From the NCBI GenBank assembly GCA_965112155.1, contig OZ218107.1: a stretch of 64,000 nt of DNA, one strand, 5' to 3'. The notes beneath the pieces are model-generated. The model did no database searches. It saw only the letters and a program-made list of their open reading frames with translations, and had not been told where the DNA came from. Below are positions 52,030-64,000 of this stretch, one piece after another; positions within the stretch are counted from its first letter, which is position 1, and each line of letters begins with the position of its first letter. This DNA is from Podarcis liolepis (lineage: Eukaryota). The translations under genes and the position numbers were made by a program.

Positions 52030-52290
52030 GCACATGTATCTAAAGCAGCTCACTGGTGGGGTGGAACCGCTATGCTAACCTTCCAGCAGATGGGTCCCTG
52101 GGAGGCAAGGTGGTGGGGAGGTCAGTGCAGTGCAAACATATCAGCAGAGCCAATCCTGTGCTGCTGCTAGCACATTTGCACTGTGTTGAGCTCCTTACCA
52201 CCTCGCATTAAGCAACAGTGATCCACCTGCCAGGAAGGCAGTGTAGTGGGCTCCAAACCCACCCAAGTAAGCCATTTATGTCTGCGTGCC
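52030..52290. repeat. Long degenerate inverted repeat (old palindromic MITE-like)
   Basis: Arms of about 120 bp centred near 52155 align as reverse complements, mostly with transition differences. Confidence 0.65.
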
Positions 52291-53512
52291 TATTCCAAAG
52301 AATATAGAGATTACTTATAAGCAATTTAAAGACAGGTGAGATAGAGTGCTAGGTTAAGGATACCAGATTTCCCCCCAATGAACCTGGTGACACTTTTCAA
52401 CTTCCTACTACATAGATGGATCTTGTCAGGGGGCTGATTTGTATTCCGGGGACTGTCCCTGGGAAATAGGGATGTACCTTATGCTAGGTACAGTTGCAGA
52501 GCGCAAACGTCACATGGAGAATGTCCTTGATTCAATTCCAAATATCACTACTTAAGAGATTGCAGCTCTGTCTCAGACCCTATAGAGGCAATTTTCAATC
52601 TGGGTAGGCAATACTAGGCTATAGAGAGAGGCAGTCAGACATGGTCTATATTCCAGTCCATTTTTACTCAGAAGAGTTTTGCCCAACACTAAGGACAATC
52701 TCTTAATTAAACATACTTATGACACTTTGATGGATTAATGTTTATGTTAGGAATAATGAATTCAGTGCATTGTGTAAATGCCATCTCCCACACACATTTG
52801 AGGAAACCAGGAACACCTCAACTGATGGTTCCTCAGTCTGCAGCAGAGCTGAGTACCTTTATGACTTACTGTACTTCAACCTTCCCCAATGCGGTGCCAT
52901 TCAGATGTTTGATTCTAACTCTCATTGGCCCAAGTCAACACGGCTACTGGTCAGGGATGATGAGAATTTTGGTCAAATGATATCTGGCAGGTACCAGGTT
53001 GAGGAATCCTGCCTCACTAACAGGTAACACACACGTTCATGGGAGTTGCGTGACTATGTAGTTTGCAATAGTGAAATGAAATATAACTGGGAAAATGAAC
53101 AACGGTTTAGACTAGTGGGATCCAATGAGATTTTCTCTACAAGAAAGTTTCTACCATGCCAGCAAGCTTTTCTTTAAGTCAAGGGTATCCATCTTGATTG
53201 CACCATATTGATACAATAATCTTGACGGTAGATTGATTTCTTAGAAGGGATGTGTTCATTAGGGACATTTCTTTGAAACAAGCATATCACTAGATGTTTC
53301 AGCATGTTCTCCAGAGGAGATGTATCCACAGTATTGAACAACACTGTCAGTATCGAGTCACTGAAACAGAAAGAGATGGACTGTAGTCCAACAGTCCACT
53401 GATGCATACACAGGGCACTTAATGTTCACAGTCAAGTCTCTCTGTGTGTTTTAAGGAACAGGTCTAAATAAAGATTTATGTCAGGTAGTGATTCAGTCTT
53501 TGGCTGGAGAGA

Positions 53513-53938
53513 CCGCTTGTTTCCGTGTATAAGATGATGCCTTTTGCTAAAAAAGAAAAGAAAAAAAAAGGCAAAAAATAGGTGTCGTCTTATACATGGA
53601 TAGTGAATGCAGAGGGGGGACGTGTGATTAATGGCAGCAGCAAGCAGGAGATTGGCAGCGGCGATTGGATGGGTGATTGGTGGGTGCAGCAAGGCCTGCT
53701 TGCGATTGGCTGCAGCTACGGCAATTGGGCAGACAATTGGCGGCTGCGGCAAGGTGTGCAATTGGCAGTGGCTGTGGCAAGCGATCGGCAGTGGTGGGCA
53801 GGCGAGTGAGCGACTGGCGGAAGTGACCTCCCCCACCCCACCCCCCAAAAGCTAAACAACTTAATATCTTAATTTTGGATTAAAAAAAAAGAGGAGTCCT
53901 CTTATACATGGGGTTGTCTTATACACGGAAGAATACTA
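53513..53938. mobile_element. TcMar Tc2-like non-autonomous element with internal GATTGG tandem units
   Basis: ttccgtgtataaga / tcttatacacggaa inverted ends; repeated (c/g)gattggc units at 53640-53820. Confidence 0.7.
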
Positions 53939-56202
53939 TATATACTGGAAAGAGAGCGAGAGCGAGAGAAAGAGCCTCATTCAATGTAGTATAAACATGA
54001 TCTGCTTTTGCCATGTCGACATCTATGATCAGATAATTATTTGTAACATTTCAGCCACTTGTGGTTTTGCTTACAGTAATTTATTCCTTAAACATTTCCT
54101 TCTTTTTGCTCGAGTATCCAAATGTATATAACAGGCTGTTTAGCCTAATTAAAAAGCTTTCAAGTACTAAAGAGTATCTACAGAGCGGCATATTAATAAA
54201 AAAAATATATGTGGTCAATGATTGTAAAAATTAAAAAAAAAAGTTTAGTAATTGTAATTTAAAACAATATTTGAACATAAGCTGTTTCTCCTGTGAGACC
54301 TATATAATGAATGTGTCTTAAGTGGCCTGGATAATTTAAATACCAGCAATACCATCCTTAGTTATGCAAGTTAAACATATAACTTGAATGAATCAGATGA
54401 AATTGAGCATACAAAAATGTAGGCTGAATAATAAAACATTCAGATGGCAAGGTCTAAAATACGATGCTTAAATTGTAGAAGAAAGTATATTTAGTGTTGC
54501 AATGGGATGCTTTCTTGAGTAGATTTTTGATGATGTAGAAGTGCTTACTGGGTCTAATATAATGCAGGTGTAGAAAGGGAAATCTGAAGTGGTGGCAGTT
54601 TAAGGATTTGTGTCATGCTCTGCCATATTTAAATACATTAAATTGGAGAATTTAAAAATGATGGATTGTACCCAGTCTTATTTTTTATTGAGTTATGTAA
54701 AAGGCTCAGTAAGACAGAAACAATAAAGAGTTGATTGTAAATATATATTAGCAGTGGCAAGAATACTTTCTGCAACAGAATGGAGACAACACAAAAGTAT
54801 TGCTGGGAAAGGCATGGAATTTGGTGCTAATGGCTGAAATTGACATGTCATTTGAAGGCAGAAGAACAAAGACAACAGCAGAACAATTTTGCATTGAATT
54901 GGAAGACGTTTATTGACTATTACAGAAGAAATATATTCCTTCCTCAGTCAAAAAGCAGTTTTCTCTTACCCTTACAGTATCTTATTTGGAAATTTTATAT
55001 CCCACTTTTCACCAGCTAGGCCTCAAAGTGGCTTACAATGTTAAAAAGATACAACATTATATATAAAAAACATTAATTAAACCTAAAAAAATTAAATCGC
55101 AGAAACTTAAAATCTCAAACAATTACACAAGAACATGGTAGCATTTTTAGAATATCAGACATTTTATTGTTTTATTTAATAAAATAATCAGGTGCCTGCA
55201 ACTCAGCAGAGAGGGTGCCTGTCTGGCTTCTGTTGGGAGCGAGTTCTACCAAACTGGGCTTTCTGTGCCGTATCCTGTACTATTTGAGAAGGGGCCCAAC
55301 TCTCAGGGCCAGATAGAAGTCATAAGGGGAAGGGGTCATATGTAAGAGTGGTGAAAAACAGTGTCCTATCTTGTGTGAATGGGACGGCTAAGGCAAAGCC
55401 CACTGTTAGATCCAGCTTTTTACCTTTGCTATTGGATATTCAAATATTTGCATAGCACATACAGAAACTCTCTCCGCCTTTTGCTGTGGAATAAGTTCCA
55501 TACCATTTTCCAATGGAAGCAAATGACAACTAAACACTTTAAATTATTCATCACCTAATTTGCAAATTATTGCAAGAGATTCTTTGCCAGAAAACCGTAA
55601 GTCCCTCACAGCCTCTGGGAAAGAGAGAAATAATTCCCTTTTTATATAGTATATATAGACATGTGATAATGAAAATTCTCTTACTTCACAAGAGGATATT
55701 CAGAGCAAGCTCTTGGCTAATCTAGAAATCAAGGTTAAACCATGCATATGTATAAGTGTTATACAATTTTTGATGTTCCCCTTCTATTTTATTTATCATA
55801 AGGGAATTATATTAAAACTGAGGTACAATATCAAAGACAAATGCCATTGAAATTGGATGAAAGATTGAGGTTGCAGTTGAACTCACTGGGGCCTAATTCT
55901 GAGTAGACAAGGACTGGGCTGCATTGCTATATCTACAGAGATAGTCTGTTACCTTCTTCCTTTAATCTAAGCATATATGTGTGGAAGGGAACCTTACTAT
56001 GAATACTTAAATTAGAACTCAGAACTATGTTCTCCTCACAGTAGCCCCAACAAAACTGATGGCCCTAAAATAGTCATGTCCATTAATTTCAACAGGCCTA
56101 TTCTGAGAATGACCAACACGGGATAAAACCCATAATTAAATTAGTGGTGTATAGTGTGGACAGTGCATACACATGCAAAATATCTTGTCAGATATTTTAT
56201 GT

Positions 56203-56203
<1 letters not shown>

Positions 56204-56233
<30 letters not shown>

Positions 56234-56360
56234 AAGAAGAAGAAGAAGAAGAAGAAGAAGAAGCAGCAGCAGCAGCAGCAACCCATCAGGCTGGGTTTCC
56301 CCAGCCACTCTGGGTGGCTCCCAATCGAATATTAAAAGCACAATACAGCATTAAACATTT
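56204..56360 (-). mobile_element. L2 3' fragment with compound (AAG)n(CAG)n tract at its tail
   Basis: cccatc.ggctgggtttccccagccactctggg as at 38134; (AAG)n at 56204-56263. Confidence 0.8.
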
Positions 56361-56375
56361 ATTTAATACGTGGAT

Positions 56376-56725
56376 GGGACGCAGGTGGCGCTGTGGGTTA
56401 AACCACAGAGCCTAGGACTTGCCGATCAGAAGGTCGGTGGTTCGAATCCCCACGATGGGGTGAGCTCCCGTTGTTTGGTCCCAGCTCCTGCCAACCTAGC
56501 AGTTCAAAAGCACATCAAAGTGCAAGTAGATAAATAGGTACCGCTCCAGCGGGAAGGTAAACGGCGTTTCCGTGCGCTGCTCTGGTTCGCCAGAAGTGGC
56601 TTAGTCATGCTTGCCACATGACCCAGAAGCTGTACACCGGCTCCCTCGGCCAATAAAGCAAGATGAGCGCCGCAACCCCAGAGTCGGTCACGACTGGACC
56701 TCATGGTCAGGGGTCCCTTTACCTT
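56376..56725 (+). mobile_element. Sauria SINE (full length)
   Basis: gggacgcaggtggcgctgtgg head, ggttcgaatccc B box and ctttaccttt tail; TSD ttaWtacgtgga. Confidence 0.95.
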
Positions 56726-58530
56726 TTATTACGTGGACTGCATGTAGCACATCTCTTCCCCCAGAATAATTTCAGAAACTGTAGTTTGTTAAGGGTACTG
56801 TAAATTGTAGCTCCATAATTCTTTTTAGGAAGCCGTGTGTTTTAAATGTATGGCATGTATGCAGCCTTATATACTGTTTAAGATAACAAAGTCTCTAAGC
56901 TCTTCACACCGGTTACAATAATAAATCTGCAAGCTCCTTCATGGGCACCAAGAAGAAGACCGAAACATACCAGTGCCCAGCAAAATCATGATTCTTACTG
57001 GAAATATAAAAAGAGGCACCCTATACAGAAACAATCCCAAAGTCAGAATAGCCCTGATGAAAAATGCATTCATTAAAATACGTCAGGATTTTTCTCTCCT
57101 CTGCATTTGATTCATTTCACATTTCAATGAAAAACTACCTAATTCACACTTCTTGAAACAATGTGAACTGAAAAAAAATTTTTTTATTATAAAAAAATTG
57201 CACATCTCTGGATATTGTGATGCAGTTCTCAAATGAAAATATATGTACCAAAATTACATATATTAGGAAAATATGTAATGTACACAAAGCTACATAAGAT
57301 ATTATAGTAAGAGAAATGCCCAGCAAAATATATTGGTAGGTTTAAAATAAATCATGAACCGATGCAAAAATGTAGTGGGTTGAATGTAAGAGTAGAAAAA
57401 TGAGAAACTCTGAGAAATTGAAAATGACAAATTTATCCATCTCTACTTTAACCTCAGTGTGAAAATCTGCAATGGACTTTATTGAAAAGTTAATCTCAGG
57501 AGGAAAAAAAACCCTTCAAGTTTTGATAGGAAAATACTTCAAGAGAGAAAGTTGTTTTATATGTAAGTAGCCATAGCGTCTAATGACATGAATGATAAGG
57601 TTGCAGGTGTTTCTTGATTTATTCATATTCTGTCCCAGCATTTTCTTCACAAGGAAAAACAAGTATAATTGGCCCATTGTCACCCTATTTGTTCATGGAA
57701 GCATCTCATTGACAGGTTTGGTTCACTGCAAATTCTTTTTCACATCTCCCACTTAAAATGAAAAGCAGGACCATTTCTTACAAAATGTCACAATCACATT
57801 TCAGATTTGAAGAGAAAGAACTCGATAATAAATGAATTCTTGGATGGAAGTGAAACTTTTCTGAGCCTCCTACCACAGTTCTTTCTTTCCCAGGGAATCC
57901 CTTTTTATCTTGGAATCTGACTTCATAAAAATATGTTATTTTATTCAAATACCCACCAAAACACCCACAAACCATGTCTGTGAGAGCAATTTGCATTTAC
58001 TAATGATGGAGCCTTAAGATTACCATTAATGTGCAGCATGTATAAAGGATGTAATCGTTTTCATTAACGCTTGCTAAACGGCCTCATAATTACCGTCTTT
58101 GTCAAAAAGCCATTTCTCATGGATTATATTTGGCTGCCCATAAGGAGTAATATATTGTGGACTGCAATAATTATGAAGATATTTGTACGTGAATTAATGA
58201 AGATTGTGATATAAACTGTGAACTTCGTCTAATAGGGTGACATTTTTTTTAAAAAAAAACATTTTGTAGACCATCTTTCATCCAAACAGTTTTAAAACAG
58301 CTTAAAATATAATTCCTCTTAGAGCAAGGGAAAAGGGAAACTACTTCTCTGTTGGAAATGTTGTATGAAAATAGGCTTCATTTAGGCTTCCGGTTACTTT
58401 GAACCAGATCTGGTGTTGGGTCAAAATTACCTTGGGCGTGTGAGTGATGGGTTGGTTCCTAGCCATGTTATACTATAGAAGTGTATGTTGTACATGACCC
58501 TCCAGTACTGTGGAAGATGTCATTTCATTA

Positions 58531-58772
58531 CAGTGGTACCTCAGGTTAAGTACTTAATTCGTTCTGGAGGTCCGTACTTAACCTGAAACTGTTCTTAACC
58601 TGAAGCACCATTTTAGCTAATGGGGCCTCCTGCTGCTGCCGCGCCGCCGGAGCCCGATTTCTGTTCTCATCCTGAAGCAAAGTTCTTAACCTGAAGCACT
58701 ATTTCTGGGTTAGCAGAGTCTGTAACCTGAAGCGTATGTAACCTGAAGCGTATGTAACCCGAGGTACCACTG
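58531..58772 (+). mobile_element. TcMar Tigger-like MITE
   Basis: TA-cagtggtacctcaggtta ... taacccgaggtaccactg-TA. Confidence 0.92.
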
Positions 58773-59508
58773 TATTTCATTCACTTGCGAGTCTGGTACC
58801 CATAGGACTACATCTGCCATGATTTCTATTATCCACAACAGATATTGTATATTATTAGAGTTTTAGATCATCATAACACAAAATGCCCCAAGGAACAATG
58901 GGGGCAGAGCCATATATATCTTAATGCATACGGCTCATGACAACCATTTGTGCTCTGGCAACATCTTTTTCTCCAGGCATGGAAAAGTGAATTGTGCCAC
59001 TGGGTGAGAAATGCTGTAATTAGCCATTGTGGTAGGGAGGGGTGGTGTAGAGTTAGAGATAATGCTCTTGAAAATTATAGTACCATTTAAATAATTAAAC
59101 TTGCTGCAAAGATATATGCCAAGATTTTAGTGACAAAGACTCAAGATTTATAGACAAATTAATGCACAGGGACCAACTTGAATTCATGAGGCGTAGAATA
59201 ATTGCAGACTGGTTAAGGCAGGTTTTTCTCTGAATGCAAATTACTCGTGAACTGATATGGAGATCTCAACATGGCAAATTCCATCAACACCTTAGGAGGG
59301 CCAGGGTTTTTTAGTTGCCTGTTTTTAAAGCTTAATATAGTCAAGAGACTTTTGTTGCTGCTGCTTTTGTTTGGCATGGCCTGTTGATGAAATCACACAC
59401 ATTCGGTGCCTTCCATCTTGGTGTTTTAGCTATAAACAACTACACATACCTATACAATTTATTCACTGCAACACTGATGAGATTCCTTCAGTGTGAAACT
59501 TCAAATAT

Positions 59509-60177
59509 GTGGTAGGGCTCATTTCAGGAGGGGATGAGTCCGCCTATCGGGACGAGGTGGAGCGGCTCTGTGTTTGGTGTGGAGAGAACAATCTGGCTCT
59601 TAATACGGCTAAGACCAAGGAACTGGTGGTGGATTACAGGAAAAAAAAGGCGGACATTCAGCCCTTGTATATCAACGGGGAACGGGTGGAGAGGGTGGCG
59701 GAATTCAGGTTTTTGGGAGTAGCTATCGATCAGGGCATGACTTGGAGCGCACATACCACTGCTCTGGTGAAGAAGGCCCAGCAGAGAATTTATTTCCTCA
59801 GACTTTTAAAGAAGAACAATCTGAGTGAGAGACTGCTGGTGTCCTTCTACCGAGGCTCCATAGAGAGCATTCTTACATACTGTATTTGTGCTTGGTTCTC
59901 CAGTTGTACAGCTAGGGAGAGGAAGGTGCTCCAGAAGGTCATAACCACAGCCCAAAGGATTATTGGTCATCCTCTCCCATCTTTGGAAGAACTGTACGGT
60001 TCCCGTTGTCTTAGGAAAGCAAATAATATCCTGCAGGATTCATCTCACCCGGGACACGGTCTGTTTGCACTACTGCCTTCTGGCAGGAGATATAGAAGCA
60101 TCAAGTCAAAGACAAATAGACTGAAAAACAGTTTCTATCCAAGAGCTGTGGCCTTTTTGAATGCTGTAACTCGATAG
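59509..60177 (+). CDS. Rex1/Babar reverse transcriptase C-terminal region (retrotransposon remnant)
   Basis: VGLIS..DESAYR.EV..L..WC..NNL.LN..KTKE.VVD.R, FRFLGV, KKAQQR.YFLR, IESILTY, HP.H.LF.LLPSGRRYRS..T.RL.NSF.P.A; no stops or frameshifts. Confidence 0.88.
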   Translation: MVGLISGGDESAYRDEVERLCVWCGENNLALNTAKTKELVVDYRKKKADIQPLYINGERVERVAEFRFLGVAIDQGMTWSAHTTALVKKAQQRIYFLRLLKKNNLSERLLVSFYRGSIESILTYCICAWFSSCTARERKVLQKVITTAQRIIGHPLPSLEELYGSRCLRKANNILQDSSHPGHGLFALLPSGRRYRSIKSKTNRLKNSFYPRAVAFLNAVTR

Positions 60178-60351
60178 TGTGACCTGGGAGTTTGATGGGT
60201 GTGGTGTGGGTGTGGCTGGAATGTGGTTTGTTTGGTTGTTGTTGTTGTTTTGCTTTTGTTGTTTTAAGGCATGACATCCAATTTCGTTGCACTTTGTGCA
60301 ATGTTGCACTTGTGTAATGACAATAAAGAATCTATTCTATTCTATTCTATT
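59512..60351 (+). mobile_element. 5'-truncated Rex1/Babar-clade LINE
   Basis: RT C-terminal ORF, short 3'UTR, AATAAA near 60322 and a (TCTAT)n tail. Confidence 0.92.
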
Positions 60352-63070
60352 CTATAAACAACTACACATACCTATACAATTTATTCACTGCAACACTGAT
60401 GAGATTCCTTCAGTGTGAAACTTCAAATATGTGAACTTTCAGTCAGCCATTTATTTGCTACCTATACGAAGAAGAAAATAAATAAGGATATATTTTACAA
60501 ACTCAACCAACTTAAATCCAGCAGGTCCCATACTCACTGTAGACCCATTGAAATGGATGAGAAAATGCTTCTCCAGCCTTCTAGACCAAGTCATGCAGTT
60601 CCCATCACTTTGGAGTACAAAATTAGTAGCAGTCTGAACAACTTCCTTCCTAATTAACATTTGACCACTCATCATGGTCCCCAAAGGTGCTATGAGTACC
60701 TTCCCTGGATACATGCATTAACTGTGCTGGGCAGCCTGTCAATCAATGCCGTCTGGCTGCAATCATTTTCTCCTGTTTATCATTTGGACATCATCATCAT
60801 ATGTTTAAATTAGGATTGGTTGAAAATGACCTGAAGCTCACTCTATTTAAACAAAAAGAAAGGAAAAGGGGAAATGGCAAAGTCTAGTGCACTGATACAA
60901 CACTGGAATTAATTTACCTGGAATTAATTAACAAGCACGTCACTATATTTTGCGTTCTTCATATGAAACAGGTTCTGATTGAGAGCTTTCAGGGGCATCT
61001 AGTTGGCATCCATGAGAAAAGGATGCTGGACTATATCATCTCACTACAAAAAAGTAATTGTCATCTGGTCATCTCACTACAAAAATGCAATTGCCTTCAA
61101 TATGCTATTAACAATTGGTTTTCATTATTCATGCTGATACATACTAGGAACAATTTGACTGTGGTTAGATGTATCCCTGACATATTCATGGAGCTGGTCT
61201 CTGACTTCAGTTGATTGATTGGCATATCCTACCACAGCTATTGGGATGTGATATAGTACCTGGCAAAAAAATATTAATGTAATCAAACGCAAGCCATGGA
61301 AAATTAATCAGTGGGATGGGAACCAGCAACAACCTTACGAAGAAGAAGATGAGACTTTCCTTTGAATAGCTTTACATGCTTCAGAGTACAATGTTGGTTC
61401 ACACCATCCTCCTAGTGCTTTACAAACTGGGTTAAAGTGCTTATGGAGAGCATGAGATCTGTGTTAAATTGGCTGTTTGTTTAGCACTTGGGGGGTGAGC
61501 AAGTTTACATGGAACTCTGACACTGTCATGGTGATCCCATCTTCTGTATGTCTAATGAAGGGAGGAAAGGAACAGCTTTGCTGCAGTTTTGATGCTCACC
61601 ACAGCATGCCAACTCAACATGTTATGTGCCAGAAGCTCATGCAAATAAACCCCGAATTACCACAGAAAAGGAAAGGAGTGACTGAATCTAGTTATGAGGC
61701 TTAGCAATGCATGATTGGTTCCTATCAAGACTTTGGCTTCTCTGCAGTTCTGGACAACTGAGTACAACGTCTTTGAGAAGAAATTGGACTAAACTAAAAA
61801 CAAATCTGGGTGTTTCATCTCTTCAGAGGCATACCAGATGAGATTGAACTGTAAGAGGCCAAGGAATCAATGCCTGGGCATATGGCAGTTTCAGGCAGAT
61901 TAGAGGGAGCTGATGCCTGAAGTAAAAGCTGAACATTTGGGGAAGTACATGAACATTGGCTATCAAGAATGAGTCAGCAAGATAAATGCTACCTTTGAGA
62001 ACTGGGCAAGTAGTGCAGTGTAGGAACATATATTTGCTTTACTTATATATACAGGAAAAATGATGACATACCAGACCCAAAGAGGAATGCTTGTGTAGCT
62101 AGCAATTGGTAGCTTTAGCAGATTGCCTCCTAGTGTGCACAAAACAATATTATTTCTCACCTTAAGCGAGATATAGAGTTTAGCCTTCCCTCCTGGGAAG
62201 ACCCCACATGATTGTAAATAAATGCTAGATTACAAAATGGTTGAAATGGGAGGCTGAACCAGAAAAATAGAGAGGTGCAGCAATGACTTCAGCTGTTTAA
62301 CCCCCTCTTAGAATTGTATCATTGGCAATGTAAAGGCATGTCTTAAAAGACCTGGGAACATAGACCTAGCACAAAAAACTTGTCCCTCATTTATTTTGAT
62401 ATGGGAATTTTGGTTCTCAGCACTGGTTAATGAGTGCAAAGAGACTTTCAGAACAGGCACAGAAGCTACTGCAGCTGGCTAATTCCAACAAATAACTCTC
62501 ACACTAATTAACTAGTTGTGTGACCAGAGTAACAGAACATAGGAATATAGGAAGCTGAGTTAGCCAGATCCTTGGCCCATCTAATTTAGCACTGTTGATA
62601 CTTCAAGAAGAAGTCCTTCCCAGCTCCATATGAAGATGCCAGTCATTGAATGTGGTATCTTTTGCTCACAAAACATGTGCTCCACCACTGAGTCATGCCC
62701 TTTACCCATTATGTTGAAAGGGGACAGCCGTGTGAGATATCCCCTTTCACATAATGTACAAGTTGTGACTTTTCTATTTCTGAAAGAAGAACTGTGATCT
62801 TTGAGTTTTCTCTTCCAAGGTTGTTCTGCTCACTTGAGTAGCTTAGTTTACATGATTTGTGGAACTTGGTTAACTGAAAGATCACCCGTTTTGCATATGC
62901 CTAATTGACCTTCGACGCCCTTTTTGGTTGCCCTGCTCCAGATGTCCCTGTCATGGGGTGGCTACCAAATAGAGGGTAATTGTTTTTTGGTAGTGACACT
63001 CTGACTGTAGAATCACCTCCCCAGAGCAGCTCACCTGGCACTTTCTCTATGGTCTTATCGGTACCAAGTA

Positions 63071-63222
63071 CAGTGGTAACTTGGATCTCAAACACCTTGG
63101 AACTCAAGCAACTTGGAACCCAAACACTGCAAACCTGGAAATAAGTGTTCCGGTTCACAAACTTTTTTCAGAAGCCGAATGTGCTCCGTTTTGAGTGCCA
63201 CGCTTCTGCTTTGAGTGTTACA
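63071..63222. mobile_element. Tigger-like DNA transposon end fragment (different family from 4170)
   Basis: TA-cagtggta start with repeated ttggaac motifs; no second TIR seen. Confidence 0.5.
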
Positions 63223-63364
63223 CTGGGCTACTGGTCACGCTCCCTCAAAAAAAATATCCTGGGGCCACAGCCCTCCCAGCCCCCCAACACTATGCCACTG
63301 TTGATGGGTGTCTATATAAATTTAAACTACTGTTATTCTTGATTATACTGATAGTAGGAGTGGA

Positions 63365-63407
<43 letters not shown>
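63365..63407. repeat. (AAT)n microsatellite
   Basis: Direct reading. Confidence 0.95.
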
Positions 63408-63808
63408 GTTGTGTGTTGAACCCTCATTACTGAGTGGTCAGAACAACCCAAACAATAGGAAGCCAGCGTAATTATGCCAGTATAATCTACCTCTGTTCCA
63501 AACTGCTAACGGGAGAGGGGGCACTGCTGGACAAACCAGCCTGAGCCTAGCAGAGGGAATGCAAGCCTTTAAAATATATACTTACACCACCTATTTTGCA
63601 AGTATAACTTTTTCTGGATTGACTGAGCTGAACAGAGTGTGGAACTGGAGTAAGTTCCCCCTGCCCCATCCCGCTATGTCTCTACTGTTCTCCCCAATTC
63701 CTGGTTTTGGCTGAGCCAGAATGAAGGACTTATTCCTGTGTAGCTGAGATAGGATGAGGAACTTTTGACTGAGCTTGACACCTAGCACAAAGACCCTCAT
63801 CCCAGGGA

Positions 63809-63936
63809 NNNNNNNNNNNNNNNNNNNNNNNNNNNNNNNNNNNNNNNNNNNNNNNNNNNNNNNNNNNNNNNNNNNNNNNNNNNNNNNNNNNNNNNNNNNN
63901 NNNNNNNNNNNNNNNNNNNNNNNNNNNNNNNNNNNN
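63809..63936. other. Assembly gap (128 N)
   Basis: Run of N. Confidence 1.
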
Positions 63937-64000
63937 GTATATAATAGGCCTTCAGGAGGGTTTTCCCTAATCTAAGGGATGTAAAAGAGCATAGGTGCTG

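Larger units (their letters stand above)
59430..60433 (+). repeat. Perfect 82-bp direct repeat (59430-59511 and 60352-60433) flanking the Rex1 element
   Basis: ctataaacaactacac...cttcaaatatgtg is identical on both sides. Confidence 0.95.

Noticed and set aside
53640-53820. Spaced GATTGG repeats resembling a CRISPR or CCAAT array
   Set aside because: Degenerate minisatellite inside a TcMar element in vertebrate DNA; no constant repeat-spacer structure.
59471-59511. CTGATGA...GAAAC inside the 82-bp duplication, resembling a hammerhead core
   Set aside because: The intervening gattccttcagtgt cannot form helix II, the CTGA is sequestered in an acactga/tcagtgt hairpin, and helices I and III are unconvincing.

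Overview
Eukaryotic, repeat-rich, non-coding DNA from a squamate reptile, most likely a lacertid lizard. This is inferred from four full-length Sauria SINEs, BovB, L2 with (TTA)n tails and lizard-type L1. I recognise no host protein-coding exon, so this looks like a large intron or intergenic region, with an assembly gap at 63809-63936. Every ORF I can identify is a retrotransposon fragment: a Rex1/Babar RT C-terminus, L1 ORF2 C-termini, BovB and L2. The rest is Tigger-like and Tc2-like TcMar MITEs, hAT MITEs (one nested pair), solo LTRs, CR1/Squam3/MIR-like relics and microsatellites, with a few AT-rich repeat-free blocks that resemble conserved regulatory DNA. The most notable points are: (1) an intact minimal hammerhead ribozyme motif in a Penelope-like fragment (42120-42157, minus strand), plus two inactivated siblings; (2) two non-LTR insertions with very long target duplications (a perfect 82 bp around Rex1, about 200 bp around a Sauria SINE); (3) an L1 with about 390 bp of non-ORF2 leader joined to an open ORF2 C-terminal frame inside a single TSD; (4) a 68-nt near-perfect MITE hairpin, a strong CTCF motif and a candidate 6-nt microexon. 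Family names come from motif recognition by eye, not database searches.
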